Shown one piece after another: positions 1 to 13,269 of a DNA stretch of 64,000 nt. The position numbers and the translations under genes are program-made. Each line of letters begins with the position of its first letter. Positions within the stretch are counted from its first letter, which is position 1. Below the pieces are notes generated by a model, which was given only the letters and a program-made list of their open reading frames with translations, did not search any database and was not told the origin of the DNA. Source of the DNA: the human T2T-CHM13v2.0 reference genome, Homo sapiens; the NCBI RefSeq assembly GCF_009914755.1, contig NC_060928.1; one strand, written 5' to 3'.

Positions 1-918
1 TTACATTGTTAAAGCAATTGCAAAACCCCCCAAAATTTACAAATAGGATCAATTAAACTAAAGAGCTCCTGCACAGTAAAAGAAATTATTAACAGAGTAC
101 ACAGACAACCTACGGAATGGGAAAAAATATTTGCAAATTATGTATTTTATAAAGGTCTAATATCCAGAATCTAAAAGGAACTTAAACAATTCAATGAGCA
201 AAAAAACAACTCCACTAAAAAAATAGGAAAAGGACATAAATAGACACTTCTCAAAAGAAGACATACATGCAGCCAACAAATATATTTAAAAATGCTCAAT
301 ATTCCTAATTATTTTTATTTTTATTTTTTGAGACAGAGTCTTGCTTTGGTGCCTAGGCTGAAGTGCAGTGGCATGACCATGGCTCACTGCAGCCTTAAAC
401 TCTGGAGCTCAAGTGCACCCCTCACCTCAGCTTTCTGAGTAGCTGGGACTACAGTCATGTGACACCACACCTGGCTATTTTTTAAAGATTCTTTTTTTTA
501 CAGATCGAGTCTCACTATGTTGCCAGGGTTGAACATCACTAATTATTAGACAAATGCAAATCAAAACCACAAGATACCATCTCACTCCAGTCAGAGTGGT
601 TATTATTAAAAAGATAAAAAATAACAGATGCTGGTGAGAATGTGGAGAAAAGGGAATACTTATACACTGTTGGTAGGAATGTAAATTAGCTCACCCACTG
701 TGAAAGCTGCGTGGAAATTTTTAAAAATAACTTAGAGCAGAACTACCATTTGACATAATAATGTCATTAGCGGGTGTATACGTACTCAAAGGAAAATGAA
801 TCATTCCACCAAAAAGACATATGTATTCGTATGTACACTGCAGCACTATTCACAATAGCAAAGACATGGAATCAATGTAGATTCTCATCATTAGTGGACT
901 GAATAAAGAAAATGTGGT
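1..918 (+). mobile_element. Older L1 (L1PB / old L1PA-like), ORF2 3' portion, interrupted by an Alu
   Basis: Degenerate match to the L1 ORF2 C-terminal region (aattaaactaaagagc, caaatgcaaatcaaaaccac, gcactattcacaatagcaaagac), homologous to 23845-24480. Confidence 0.85.
311..531 (-). mobile_element. 5'-truncated AluJ inserted in the L1
   Basis: T-rich tail then gagacagagtc...ggctcactgcagcc...; degenerate TSD aatattcctaattatt / aacatcactaattatt. Confidence 0.8.
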
Positions 919-2407
919 GAAAGGAATGTTTTAAGAATAAATACAATGGTACAAGATTAGCTCAGTGCTTGGAACTTATAAATTATTCAATGGTATTTAT
1001 TATTGTTATATTTATGATTTTTAATTGTCTTATTTGGGAGATTATATTCAGTAAACATTTCATGAAGATTATTCTAATTCCTTTCTTGTATATTCACTCA
1101 GCTTTGTAGCCTCTCTCAACTCTCAGCATACTTGTTTTGAGAAATCCCAAGTCTAAATTCAACATTCCACCCATTCTATACTCAAACATGGCTAAAGAAA
1201 ATACATTGCTATAGTGACTGGTCTCGTTTTAAATTCATGGCGTGACCATTCTCCCACGGCTCTTCCTATATTTTCCTATACTTCTAAAAAAATAACATTC
1301 CACATTCCCTTTGCTGTTTTTCTTTGCTCTACTTTGTGTTTTATTTTTAGGTCCCTATTTCTCATCTTCATTTTTGATAAATTTGTTAACCCATGCTTTC
1401 CAGAGCATAGTGAGCCATGAAAGCCATGCATGTGTGAGATAATTAAATATATAATTTAGTGCAGCACATACTGAGGTTCAAGTTTGTGAGGGCCTTGTGA
1501 TAAAATTATTATATATGTTGGAGTTATTTATCAACACTTTGAGGAAAGACATTTATTCATCATGGGACAAAAACAATATTCTTTAACTCACTAGACATTA
1601 TGGTGAAGGTAGTTACACATCCTGGTAGCAGGTAAGGATGCCCAAGTTTACTCAGAATTGTCGGGGGACTATTCAGTGTAACTCTTCACAACTCTTAGTT
1701 AGACATCGAGCCCCTGAATAAGCTCCAGAGTACTAGAGAGAATTAGTTAAGACAACAAAATAAAGCATAAAAGTGAAAGATACTACCAGTGTTTCAAAAA
1801 AAAAAAAAAATGAGAAGGAAGAGGAAGAACTACTTTCACATCAGGTGCTCTATAACGATGGTGGAAGTTTGTATTTTTTTCCCCAATGCTTTCAATAGAG
1901 ATAAAGAGAAAGCACTATCTTTTTCACTTTAACATTGTCCTGAAAAGTAACTAATCTAATAGGTCTGCAGCCTTCCCAAATATACATGTACCGTCTTTCT
2001 TTTTCATCTTTTATTAAGAGGGCACTGTATTTTATCAATAAACTTTTGTTTCTCATACTCAGCTTTTAGGATTTTTCAGAAAGCATATGATTTAAGACAA
2101 CACCATGATAAATCTTTCAGCAATTTTTCAAAAACAAGATACCACACAAGCAGTGACAATAAAAGTTTTAAAAGCCCTGTGTATTCAGCCTTTAGGATTC
2201 TATCTCTTAAAGAGTAACCTTACAGAGCTCAGGGATACATGAAAACAGACCTAAAGTGATTCACTACCTCAATAGCACTGTTTCATTCTCCATTGTTACA
2301 CTGTAATCTTCTGAAATACTCCTATACATAGATGAATTCATATTAAATGGTCCAATTTTAATCGGGAGAATTTCCAATATTGAACTTGCCTTTTACTCTT
2401 TATTTCA

Positions 2408-2617
<210 letters not shown>

Positions 2618-4084
2618 TCAAGAAACTAATTTGTAAATTACGTATTTTAGAAAATATTTTTCTAGTTTTGCCTGTTTTATAGTTCTTAGTCTGGCCTGAA
2701 CACATTTTCTATAAATGATTAACTCCATGAAATGTTATATTTAAACTATTCTATATGCCCTAATATAGAGTATACATAGAATATACATGCAACTATATCT
2801 TTCTGCAGTGTGTGCTTAGGGTTCCATCCTGATGTGTTAAGGGTGGAAGGTGTTCCTGTTAGTTCCTCTTGATGACTGTATACCCTGCACATTTTATTCA
2901 GACAAATATTAATACACATAGGCTGAAATAAATGAACATTTTAATCTCTACTGACTCAAATGTCAGAAAAATAAAATTATAAGCATTTGGAGAGAATAGA
3001 AAGGAATTGTTATTTTATAATTTACCACTTTCTGTTTTTGCCAAATAAAACACAGCCTGGAACTGACCCACTCATAATATTTGTGAGGTCTAAACAAGAA
3101 TATGAGTGGAAGGGCTAGCCCACAGTAACACCCAACTCCACTCTCCTCCAGAAGGGTTTCATATAAATATATTTGAACAAACCACACCTCAAGTTAAAGC
3201 TCTGCCCCACCTTTTCTCCCATGCAAAGAACCACCATTTGCCCCTCCTTTAAGTTAGGGCCATACATGCTTACAGACAAGGCCTGCCCTTGGGAGGAGGA
3301 CCTGGGAAGAAAGCCTCATAGGTCTGCTAGTGGGCCATGTCCATATGGGCAGAGAATTTCTGAGTTTGGGACACCTGAAACATGGACTACATGGAAGGAC
3401 AGTCCCTGGCTTTTTGTCCATCGTGAGGGGTACAGCAAGGGAAAGGCCAGAGTATGAACCCCTGAAACTTGTGGCTCTCAGAAGATAACAGCCAGGGATG
3501 CATTTCTCTCAGTTAAAATGAGACTAACTTATAGGATAAGGATTATGGAGGACTAAACATATGAGGAGATAAAAAGTAAATAGCAATAGCACCATAAATG
3601 CCCAGGCTGGTGGGAGATGAGGAGAGTGGGCTTAGCAGTGAAGGAAGGTTTCACGTATGACATCCTCTAACTGTTTGTATTTTTATTTTCTATTTGAGTT
3701 ACAGAGGTTACCCTATTGCTTCAGGGTTTATCCTGCACAACTAAGGCATTTAATCAGGACTTTGCTTTTTTTTTTAATCTACAGTACTAATCAGCTGTCT
3801 TACAGCTTTCCTGCATGGCAGGTAAGAACTCATGGCATTGTTTTCTGTGATTTCAATATTACATAAAAAACAAGGGAGGAGTAATAAACACTACTTCTTA
3901 GAGATTGCACTATTGTTCTGTTTCATAGAATTGATAGGAAAAAAGTAGTCGCAATTACAATTGAATAATATTTGTATTCCAACAAATGAAATAAAAAGCG
4001 ATGAACATTTCAACTGTAATAGAAAATTTGTATCAGTATTAATTATTAATGCTATTTGTAGTGATATTTTTAAATGATGTTAAG

Positions 4085-4574
4085 TTGTAACACTCTTCTA
4101 ATGAGAGGGGTCTTTGTTACCTCCCCTTGAGTGTGGACAGGCTTCAATCAAAAGAGTATATCGAAGTGACACTATTTAAATCTTGATTCTAGATCGTAAA
4201 ATGCTGTATAACTATCCCTTTGTTTGTCAGAATATTTGCTCTTGGAGCCCTAAGCTGCCATGTAAGAAGAGGACACTGTCCTGTGTGGGAGCCCAAGCCA
4301 TAAGGAAGGTAGCCCCCTGGTATTCATTACCAGTTGAGTATAGTCTTCAAGTTATCACAGCCCAGGCTTCCAATCTGTGATTGAAGACACCTCCAAATTA
4401 TTTCAGCACCCAGCCATTTGAATCTTCCCAGTGTAGTCCCCCAACATTATAGAGGGGAGCCAAGCCATCTCTCTGTCCCTTGTCTGGATTCCTGATCCAC
4501 AGTATTTTTAAATATGTTTTTATACCACTATATTTTGGGGTAGTTTGTTGCATAAAAGCAGATAACCTGAAACA
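4085..4574 (+). mobile_element. MLT1-family (MaLR) solo LTR, degenerate
   Basis: MLT1-like 3' end (attcctgatccacag...ttttggggtagtttgtt...gcagataacctgaaaca) and internal agctgccatgtaagaag. Confidence 0.65.
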
Positions 4575-4584
4575 TTTTAACAAT

Positions 4585-4619
4585 TGTGTGAGTGTGTGTG
4601 TGTGTGTGCGTGTGTGTGT
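4585..4619. repeat. (TG)n microsatellite
   Basis: tgtgtgagtgtgtgtgtgtgtgtgcgtgtgtgtgt. Confidence 0.9.
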
Positions 4620-5370
4620 TCTACATAGGTACAAATATGTTAGATGAGAAATGCCCAAATATTACAGAAACTAATAAAGCTATTTATAATTTAATTACAC
4701 AGTTTGTTGTGTGTTTACTTTTAATTGAATCACTTCGTATAATATTTTGTTGCAAAGGATCAGGTGTCATGGACTTTTCTTGACTTTTCCCATTTAAAAT
4801 TCTATAGTTGTGGATTCATTTGTAGAGCAGTGTTAAAATTATTACATATTTTTATGTGTTCATTTTATTAGTGTTTGAAAGAGTACTTTGAAAAATGTCG
4901 TGGCATTTTAAATAACATTTATTATATAATATACACGTCTGGGGGAAGAAGAAACTGAGATTATTCAATCTTAAGCAGTTTGAGAAGTACTAGCATAGAG
5001 ATTCTTTAAAACAAAACTTCCTTTCAAAGTTGTAATAAAAAGAAATAAAACAAACAATTATTATTCTGTACAGAAATTACTTAGGTAATCTAGATCTTCA
5101 GGGGTCTTTACAAGACTTTAAATCTTCAATCCAACAGTATCTGATTTAGAGCTTTATACCTTGGAGAGTTCTTTATTATACGTTTTCTTTATTTATTTTT
5201 ATCTCTATTTTCTGCTTTTCCCTCACTTCCCATTTGCTACTGGCCACTGATTATATTATTAGAAGAAAATAACCTAAGTAAAGCAAACAAACTACTGCAA
5301 TTCTGCTCGTTTTCTTTGCTTTTATGGTTAGACATTTTCTACATTAAAATATTTATGAGATGAGGTCTAA

Positions 5371-5700
<330 letters not shown>

Positions 5701-5709
5701 CTTACTTAC

Positions 5710-5951
5710 TTCTTTTAACCTCCTTGCAGATCATCTGCTTGAACATCTCCACTATCTCCTTCTGCTTGAACAGCTCCATCTGCTTGAACATCTCCAGTAT
5801 CTCCTTCCGGTGGAGACACTTTGGTGTTTTTCCCAGAAGGAAACTTTACTTATGGGAGAATCACATTTGATGATTTTTAACACTTCTAATGAGTGGGATG
5901 GTTTGGTGATTTGGGACAATTATACTCAGATAAAATGTGATTATGCCCGGT
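5710..5951 (-). pseudogene. Candidate decayed coding exon with acidic Gly/Asp/Gln repeats, possibly SCPP-like
   Basis: CTCAC branch point, polypyrimidine tract and CAG acceptor; AA|GTAAGT donor. The phase-0 frame of 79 codons ends in TAA 5 nt before the donor and has 3 internal stops (TAG, TAA, TAA). Confidence 0.4.
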
Positions 5952-7921
5952 CTGAGAAAGAAGAAACTAGGCAAAGAAAAATAAAGTGAGTTTCTAATGA
6001 TCACACAGCTATTAAAGCAGAATTAGAAATCAAGTTTCACTTCTAAATGTTTCTGCTCAATTCATGCTTTTCATTTTTTGTCAGTCAGACTTTCTAACTC
6101 AACTGCATGCTGAAGGATTTTTTTTTAATTCCATCAAAATGGAAGCTCTTAGTAGTATTTTATCTTAATCTATCAGTTTAAAGTTTTAGAAGCTGGTTCA
6201 TTAAAATGCATTTTGAAAAATTGATAAATGATTCGTTTAAGAAAGAAAACTGATTTTCCTGATTGCCTGTAATATTTTCATGCATTGATTTTAAATTAAA
6301 AATTATCTGGAAAATGTGATAAAGTTAATGGGATTATTTTTAATATATGTGTAGTGAGATAAAAGAAGTAAGAATATACTAATATTGCGGGAGAAAGAAA
6401 ATTTGAGAGCGAAGGAAGACTTTTTTTAATTTTAGAATATTTACCAAAACCCCTTATTAAGCTGTATTCTTTTTACATAATTTTGCAAGATCTTTGGATA
6501 TCAGGACAAAATGAGAAGATACACATGAATTTAGTTTGAAAACTATTTATACCTCTTTAATGACACTATATTTTGTAAGATTATTTTCACTTCAGAAAAA
6601 AAAATTGTCTCATTGGCTTTGAGGACTCAGGAGTTCTTTTGTCTCTAATAAAGAAGCTGTGAAACATAAAGTTACACTCCTGTTTATTTCTTTGGGTTTC
6701 ACTTACTCTTTAGAGGATCTACATGAGCTTCTTAAACCTGGCTTGTATAGCATTGTTTTTGGCAATGCTAAAACCATGTTTTTGGCACATCACACACTAT
6801 CTCATTATTACTCATGTCAGAATGTTCTCACTATCTGGGAAATCTCCTCTATAAATGCTTTGAACTGAACACACCTGTGATAGCTGGCTGGGGCAGAATC
6901 AACACAGCTATGAAATAAAGTGTTGCCTAAGGCAGGAGAAGTTTACAACTGCCTTTCAGTTCTAGGCATGTCAGAATTTGTCTCCCTTTTCCTTTCCTTT
7001 ACTTCTTTGTGTTATTGTTGAGTGTGTTTTTAAGTGTGCCTTTACACCAGATAATCATATTTAATTTCACATTTCATGGTATACATGTGACAGAAGAATT
7101 TGATGGAAATTCATCAAATTTCATCAAAACTGACTATGAGTCAATATTCTACATGTTTCTCCCATTAAGATATATTTGTTTCTATTGTTTGTTTCGAAAT
7201 GAATCATCTGGATGCAATTTTATGATAAGGATTGAAACTCTCATTTGGATATTATATTTTAAAGTTAAAAATACATTTCTGTCCATTACAAACCAGAAAA
7301 AATTTACTTATGCAAGACATATTTGCTGTGTGAGTGTGTGTGCCTTTCCCATCCTGCCATGCTAATTTTTAGACAATTGTCTCATGCTTGCTTTTAGAAA
7401 AAATTATGTTGCTTTCAGAGTTTAGTTTTTGCCAGGCTAGTCTCCAACAGATAACATTCATTTTCTAAAATGATATTCACTAATGAGATGAGTAACATTT
7501 CTTTAGACCTACTATGTGTGAGTAATTTCTAAGGGCTTGACATATGCTTACTAATTTTACCCTCATTACACTCTCATTAGTAGCCACTATAATTGTGCTC
7601 GTTTTTAAGGAAGGAAACTGAAACAGAGGCTAAGCTACCTGATCCATAGCACCCTGCCAGAAAGTGGCAAAGCCTACATTCTTAACAACTCTCATGTATT
7701 ATTTCATTATATAATTTCAAAAATAATTCAAATAATAATAGTAATTACCATTTTTACATGTTTTTATGTACTCCATGTGAGATTTTGCATATTTCATTTT
7801 ATTTTATTCTCTTCATAATGCTATGAAATACTTTTCAGCAATGTGGAAATAGAATCAGACATGCTAACTAACAAGCCAAGGTTATGAAGCTAGTAATTGG
7901 GAGCATATAGATGTTAACCTC

Positions 7922-10241
7922 TGTATTAGTCTGTTCTTATGCTGCTAATAAAAAAACCACACTCCAGAGTAGGTAATTTATAAAGGAAAGAGGTATAATG
8001 GACTCACAGTTCTGCATGGCTGGGGAGGCCTCACAATCATGGCCAAAGGCAAAGGGGTAGCAAAAACACGTCTTACATGGCAGCAGGCAAGAAGATGTGT
8101 GCAGGGGAACCCCCCTTTTTAAAACCATCAGTTCTCATGAGACTTACTGACTACCACGAGAACAGCATGGCAAAGACCCACCCCCATTATTCAATTACCT
8201 CACACTGGGTCCCTCCTACAACATGTGGGAATTATGGGAGCTACAAGTCAAGATGAGATTTGGGTGGGGAGACAGCCAAACCATATCATTTGGCCCCTGG
8301 CCCCATCCAACTCTCATGTGCTCACATTTCAAAACCAATAATGCCTTCCCAACAGTTTCCCAAAGTCTTAACTCATTTCAGCACTAACTCAAAGTCCAAA
8401 TCTAAAGTTTCATCTGAGACAAGGCAAGTCCCTTTTGCTTATAAGCCTGTAAAGTCAAAAGCAAGTTAGTTACTTCCTAGATACAATGGGAGTACAGGCA
8501 TTGGGTAAATACACTCATTCCAAATGGGATAAATTGGTCAAAATGAAGGGACAAGACACTCTATGCAGGTCTGAAATCCAGGGGCAGTCACGTCTTAAAG
8601 CTCCAAAATTATCTCCTTTGACTCTATGTCTCATATTCAGATCACGTAGATGCAAGAGGTGGGTTCCCATGGTCTTGTCCCTGTGGCTTTGCAGGGTACA
8701 GCCCCCCTCCTGGCTGCTTTCATAGGCTGGCATTGAGTGTCTGTGACTTCTCCTGGTGTACAGTGTAAGCTGTTGGTGGATATACCATTCTAGGGTCTGG
8801 AAGACAGTGGCCCTTTTTTCACAGCTCCAGTAGGCAGTGCCCCCAAGTAGGGCTCTGTGTGGGGGTTCACAACCCACATTTTTCTTCCACACTGCCCTAG
8901 CAGAAGTTCTCCATGAGGGCTCTGCCCCTGCAGCACACATCTGCATGGACATTCAGGCATTTCCATACACCTTCTGATATCTAGGTGGAAGTTCCCAAAC
9001 CTCAATTATTGACTTGTGTGCACCCACAGACCCAACACCACCTGTAAGCTGCCAAGGCTTGGGGCTTGCACTCTGAAGCAAAGAACTGTGCTCTATGTTG
9101 GCCCCTGTTAGCCATGGCTAGGACGCAAGACACCAAGTCCTGAGACTGCACAAAGCAGCAAGGCCCTGGGCCTGGCCCAGGAAACCATTTTTTCCTCCTA
9201 GGCCTCCAGACTTGTGATGGGAGAGCCTGCCATGAAGACCTCTGACATGTCCCGGAGACATTGTCCCCATTTTCTTGATGATTAACACTTAGCTCCTAGT
9301 TACTTATGCAAATTTCTGCAGCTGGCTTGAATTTTTCCTCAGAAAATTGATTTTTCTTTTCTATTGCATTGTCAGGCAGAAAATTTTCTGAAAGTTTATT
9401 CTCTGCTTCCCTTTTAAAAAGAAGTTCCAATTCCAAACCATATATATGTGAATACATAAAACTGAATGCCTTTAACTATACCCAAATCACCTCTTGAATG
9501 CTTTGCTGCTTAGAAATTTCTTCAGCCAGATGCCTTTAAACTATCTCTCTCAAGTCCAAAGTTCCACAAATCTTTAGGCAGGGGCAAAAATCCACCAGTC
9601 TCTTGGCTAAAACATAGCAAGTCACCTTTGCTCCAGTTTCCAACAAGTTCCTCATCTCCATCTGAGTTCACCTCAGCCCGGATTTTATTGTCCATATCAC
9701 TATCAGCATTTTAGTCAAAGCTATTCAACAAGTCTCTAGGAAGTTCCAAGCTTTCTCACGTCTTCCTTTCTTCTTCTGAGCCCTCCAAGCTGTTCCAACC
9801 TCTGCCTGTTACCCAGTTCCAGAGTCACATTTTCAGGTATCATTTCAGCAGCACCCCACTACCTGGCACCAATTTACTGTATTAATCTCTTTTCATGCTG
9901 CTAATAAAGACATAATTGAAACTGGGTAATTTATAAAGGAAAGAAGTTTAATGGACTCACAGTTCTGCATGGCTGAGGAGGCCTCAAAATCATGGTGGAA
10001 GGTAAAGGAGGAGCAAAGGCACATCTTACATGGCAACAGGCAAGTGGGCTTATACAGGAAAACTTCCCTTTTTAAAACTATCAGATATCTTGAGACTTAT
10101 TCAATAGCATGAGAACAACATGGGAAAGACTGGCACTCATGATTCAATTACCTCCCACCTGGTCCCTCCCAGGACATGTGGGAATTATGGGGGTTACAAT
10201 TCAAGATGAGATTTGGGTGGGAACACAGCCAAACCAAATCA
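7922..10241 (-). mobile_element. Complete THE1 (THE1C-like) MaLR provirus, LTR-internal-LTR
   Basis: LTRs at 7922-8288 and 9878-10241 (TG...CA); perfect 5-bp TSD ACCTC at 7917-7921 and 10242-10246. Confidence 0.92.
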
Positions 10242-11215
10242 ACCTCTTTTTATTTTAATTAAATAACTAAGCTCATTTTACTTTTGCAACTTGCTGTTTT
10301 TCTATTTGTCACTTATTTTATGTTTGTGTGTGTTCCTCTGTGTGTGAGATAACAACAGGAAAAATGTGGCTGGTTTAATAATATACTTCAGCTTCAAATA
10401 AAAGATTAAATCTAAAACCAATTGTGCAGACAGAAAATATTGCTTTGAAGGGGATTATATACCTTAGGGAAGGAACTAGATGAGATTTTTCTGGACTAGC
10501 CAAAAACTAAAATGCTTTTAATGTCCTAGGCAAGTCACATAAATGTGAGAGAGACTGAGAGGATAGTGGTGCTTATGTTGAACTGGAGATTATATGCCCC
10601 CAGGTAAAGATATTCAAATTCTTAAAAAAGTTAAGGACAAAAAAATGCCTTAGTACCAACAACAACACTGAAAATTCTACTGGCCAAATAGAATACTTCC
10701 AAAGCCAAATTTCAGTGAAGAAATTCTAGCTTGCCTTTTCATTGCAGATAATAATCAACAACTCATTCAACTCATTTTCAAAAGCTAGCCATTATATTAG
10801 AAATCCAAAGTAAGTAAAAGACACTTTTTATGTATTTTGTACATAAAGTTTTCAAAGTAGAGAGAAACACCAATTTGTTAAGGGAAGAGTGAGGAATTCC
10901 CAGTATTCCAGGGAAGGAGAGGTGCTAAAGCAGCTAATGTGCCCAGATGAATTCACGAGAGGAGACTGAGGTCTAGGAGAAGGAAGGAGAGCACAGCGGT
11001 TAAGACTATGCTCAGGTATTACACTACCTGGTGTCAAATCCCAGCTCCACTACCTCACAACTGAAATAAAATAATTATTTTTTTTAAAAAAAGAAAACCT
11101 AGATGGAGTGCAATATCTAACTCAAATGAATGAAGGAACTGATGGAATCAGGTAGGTCATCAGAGATGAGTTTATTGAGGAAAGATTTCTAGCCAAGAGT
11201 TTCAGGATGAGCTGT

Positions 11216-11700
11216 TGTTGCACCTAACTCCTGTCTACTCCAGTAAGGATGGCACCAGGTTCAAGAGGCCAAAGAAGAGACCAGAGTCAGCAAATGACAC
11301 ATTGGGTTTTATTGGGGACTTACATACAGGCCTAAAAATCTAGTATTAGTGGGCTGGACAGGAGAACCAACCACATAGCCCAGTGGTGGCGGGTTGGGCA
11401 GAAGACTGAAACCACTTGCAAAAGGAATGCAGTTTGTATAGCATTTTCATGTAGCACCCTTTCCCTAATAATTTCCACCTTACAACGTTTATGCAACCCA
11501 GAACTCACTCTCCTGTATGTCCCATGTTCCATAGGAGAAGCCAGGGTCTCAGAAGTTCCTCATAGGCTAGAAACAAATCTCTGGATGGCTACTCCAAAAT
11601 TCTCTAGCTCTAGATCATAATACACATTCAGGTGCATGTGCCATGCAGGATCATTCTCAGAATATGCTTAATTATTGCTATCAGGTGCATTTACCATACA
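11216..11700 (-). mobile_element. Solo ERV LTR (LTR47-like)
   Basis: TG...CA ends, 5-bp TSD gctgt/cctgt, minus-strand AATAAA and recognisable ggttcaagaggccaaagaagagacc motif. Family name tentative. Confidence 0.65.
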
Positions 11701-11746
11701 CCTGTGCCTCATCTCAGAGTGGTCAAATCCTACTCCTCAACCTCCC

Positions 11747-12123
11747 TGATATGGTTTGTCTCAATGTCCCCACCCAAACCTCATCTCGAATTGTAATCCT
11801 CACGTGCAGAGGGGGGTACCTGGTGGGAAGTGATTGTCTCATGGGTCTGATTTTCCCCATGCTGTTGTCTTGATAGTGAGTGAGTTCTCAGGAGATCTGG
11901 TTGTGTGATAAGCATCTGGCATTTTCCCTGCTTGCTTGCTCGCTCTCTTTCCCTGCTCCCTTGTGAAGAAGGTGCTTGCTTTTCCTTCACCTTCCATCAA
12001 GATTGTAAGTTTCCTGAGGTCTTCCCACCCATGTGAAACTGTGAGTCAATTAAACCTCTTTTATTTATAAACTACCCAGTCTCATGTAGTATCTTTATAG
12101 CAGTGTGAAAATGGACTAATACA
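11747..12123 (+). mobile_element. Solo THE1D/MSTA-type MaLR LTR
   Basis: tgatatggtttg...ccaaacctcatctcgaattgtaatcc...gagtcaattaaacctc...ggactaataca. Confidence 0.88.
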
Positions 12124-12511
12124 CGTCCCTACCTCCTTGGGTCATGTGTTGTTAGGCGGATGAGCCTTCTTACTCAAGCTATTTGCTTGTGCATTTATGT
12201 GATCAACCTGTTAAAAGAGCCTGGATATTTCTCTACTTCATTTCTCTTCACCTGACCTCTGGGACACTCATTTCCATAGGTGAAAGGGATGGGAAAATGC
12301 CCTTACAAAAGCCCAGACAATGATTTCAGAAAATAACCTCCAAAGCAATGTGAGCAGGCAATGGTGGATGGGTTCCATGAGACAGAAAGGGCTGTGAGAT
12401 GCCCAGGAGCCGAAGCCTGGAATCCTGCTCTCTGATTCTATGTAAAAATACAATTGATTAACAAATGAAAATTGTATATATTCAAGGGGTACAAAGTGAT
12501 GATTTGATAAT

Positions 12512-12638
12512 CATGCAGTGAGCATCAGCTGTTGGCAGTGAGCATCAGCTGTGGTCATCATTATGCAATAATCATGTAGCTAGTGTCAGTTGTGTAATAA
12601 CTTGTGTAATGATTACCATAGCTGATGCTCACTGCATG
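12512..12638. repeat. Complex inverted plus tandem micro-repeat (34-bp stem hairpin)
   Basis: 12535-12568 is the reverse complement of 12602-12635 (30/34 Watson-Crick); an extra direct copy of catgcagtgagcatcagct lies at 12512-12530. Confidence 0.9.
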
Positions 12639-12908
12639 CCTGCTTGCCTGCTCTTATTGCAATGTCACAGCAACAGAATATCTCACTTTCCGGCATGCAG
12701 AAAGCCCCTGTATAAACAGCACTGTCCCTATAAACAGTGGAGCTGAATTTGATGCTGGTTCTGAGGTATCAGCTCTAATTTTGTGAAAGTTACTTAACCC
12801 ACTGAGCTTCAGTATTCTCACCTTTAAATAGGATAATATAAGACAGGAAATAAAATAAATGTTTGAATTTAATGCTAATACAACCTGGTACTTTGAAAGT
12901 TGTAGTGT

Positions 12909-13190
12909 GGCAAGCCACAGTGGCTCTGCACTTTGAGAGGCTGAGGAGAGAGAATCACTTGAGGCCAGGAGTTTGAGACCGGTCTGGGTAACATATCAAG
13001 ATCTGTGCACTACAAAAAATGTAAAAATTAGCTGAGCATGGTGATACACATCTATAGTCCCAGCTACACGGTTGGCTGAGGTGAAAAGATCACTTGAGCC
13101 CAGGAGTTCCAGGCGCAATGAGCCATGACTGAGCCACTGCACTCCAGCCTGGGTGACAGAGCGACACCCTGTCTCAAAAAAAACAAAGAC
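12909..13190 (+). mobile_element. AluJ
   Basis: Dimeric Alu with J-type atcacttgagcccaggag and an A-rich tail. Confidence 0.85.
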
Positions 13191-13269
13191 AAAGAAGTTG
13201 AAGAGTGAAGATAAAAAAATGTTTCAAGTGAATTATATTGATATGCACATATTAGAAAATTTAAATCTT

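Noticed and set aside
5820-5880. Alternative minus frame KIIKCDSPISKVSFWEK resembling [12 protein letters not shown]...SFWEN (possible SULT pseudo-exon such as SULT1D1P)
   Set aside because: Needs a gap, lacks the catalytic His, has no matching 98-nt exon boundaries and no other SULT exons nearby; likely chance.
8260-9005. ORFs similar to those at 37633-38412, suggesting a duplicated gene
   Set aside because: Both are THE1 internal sequences from independent insertions.
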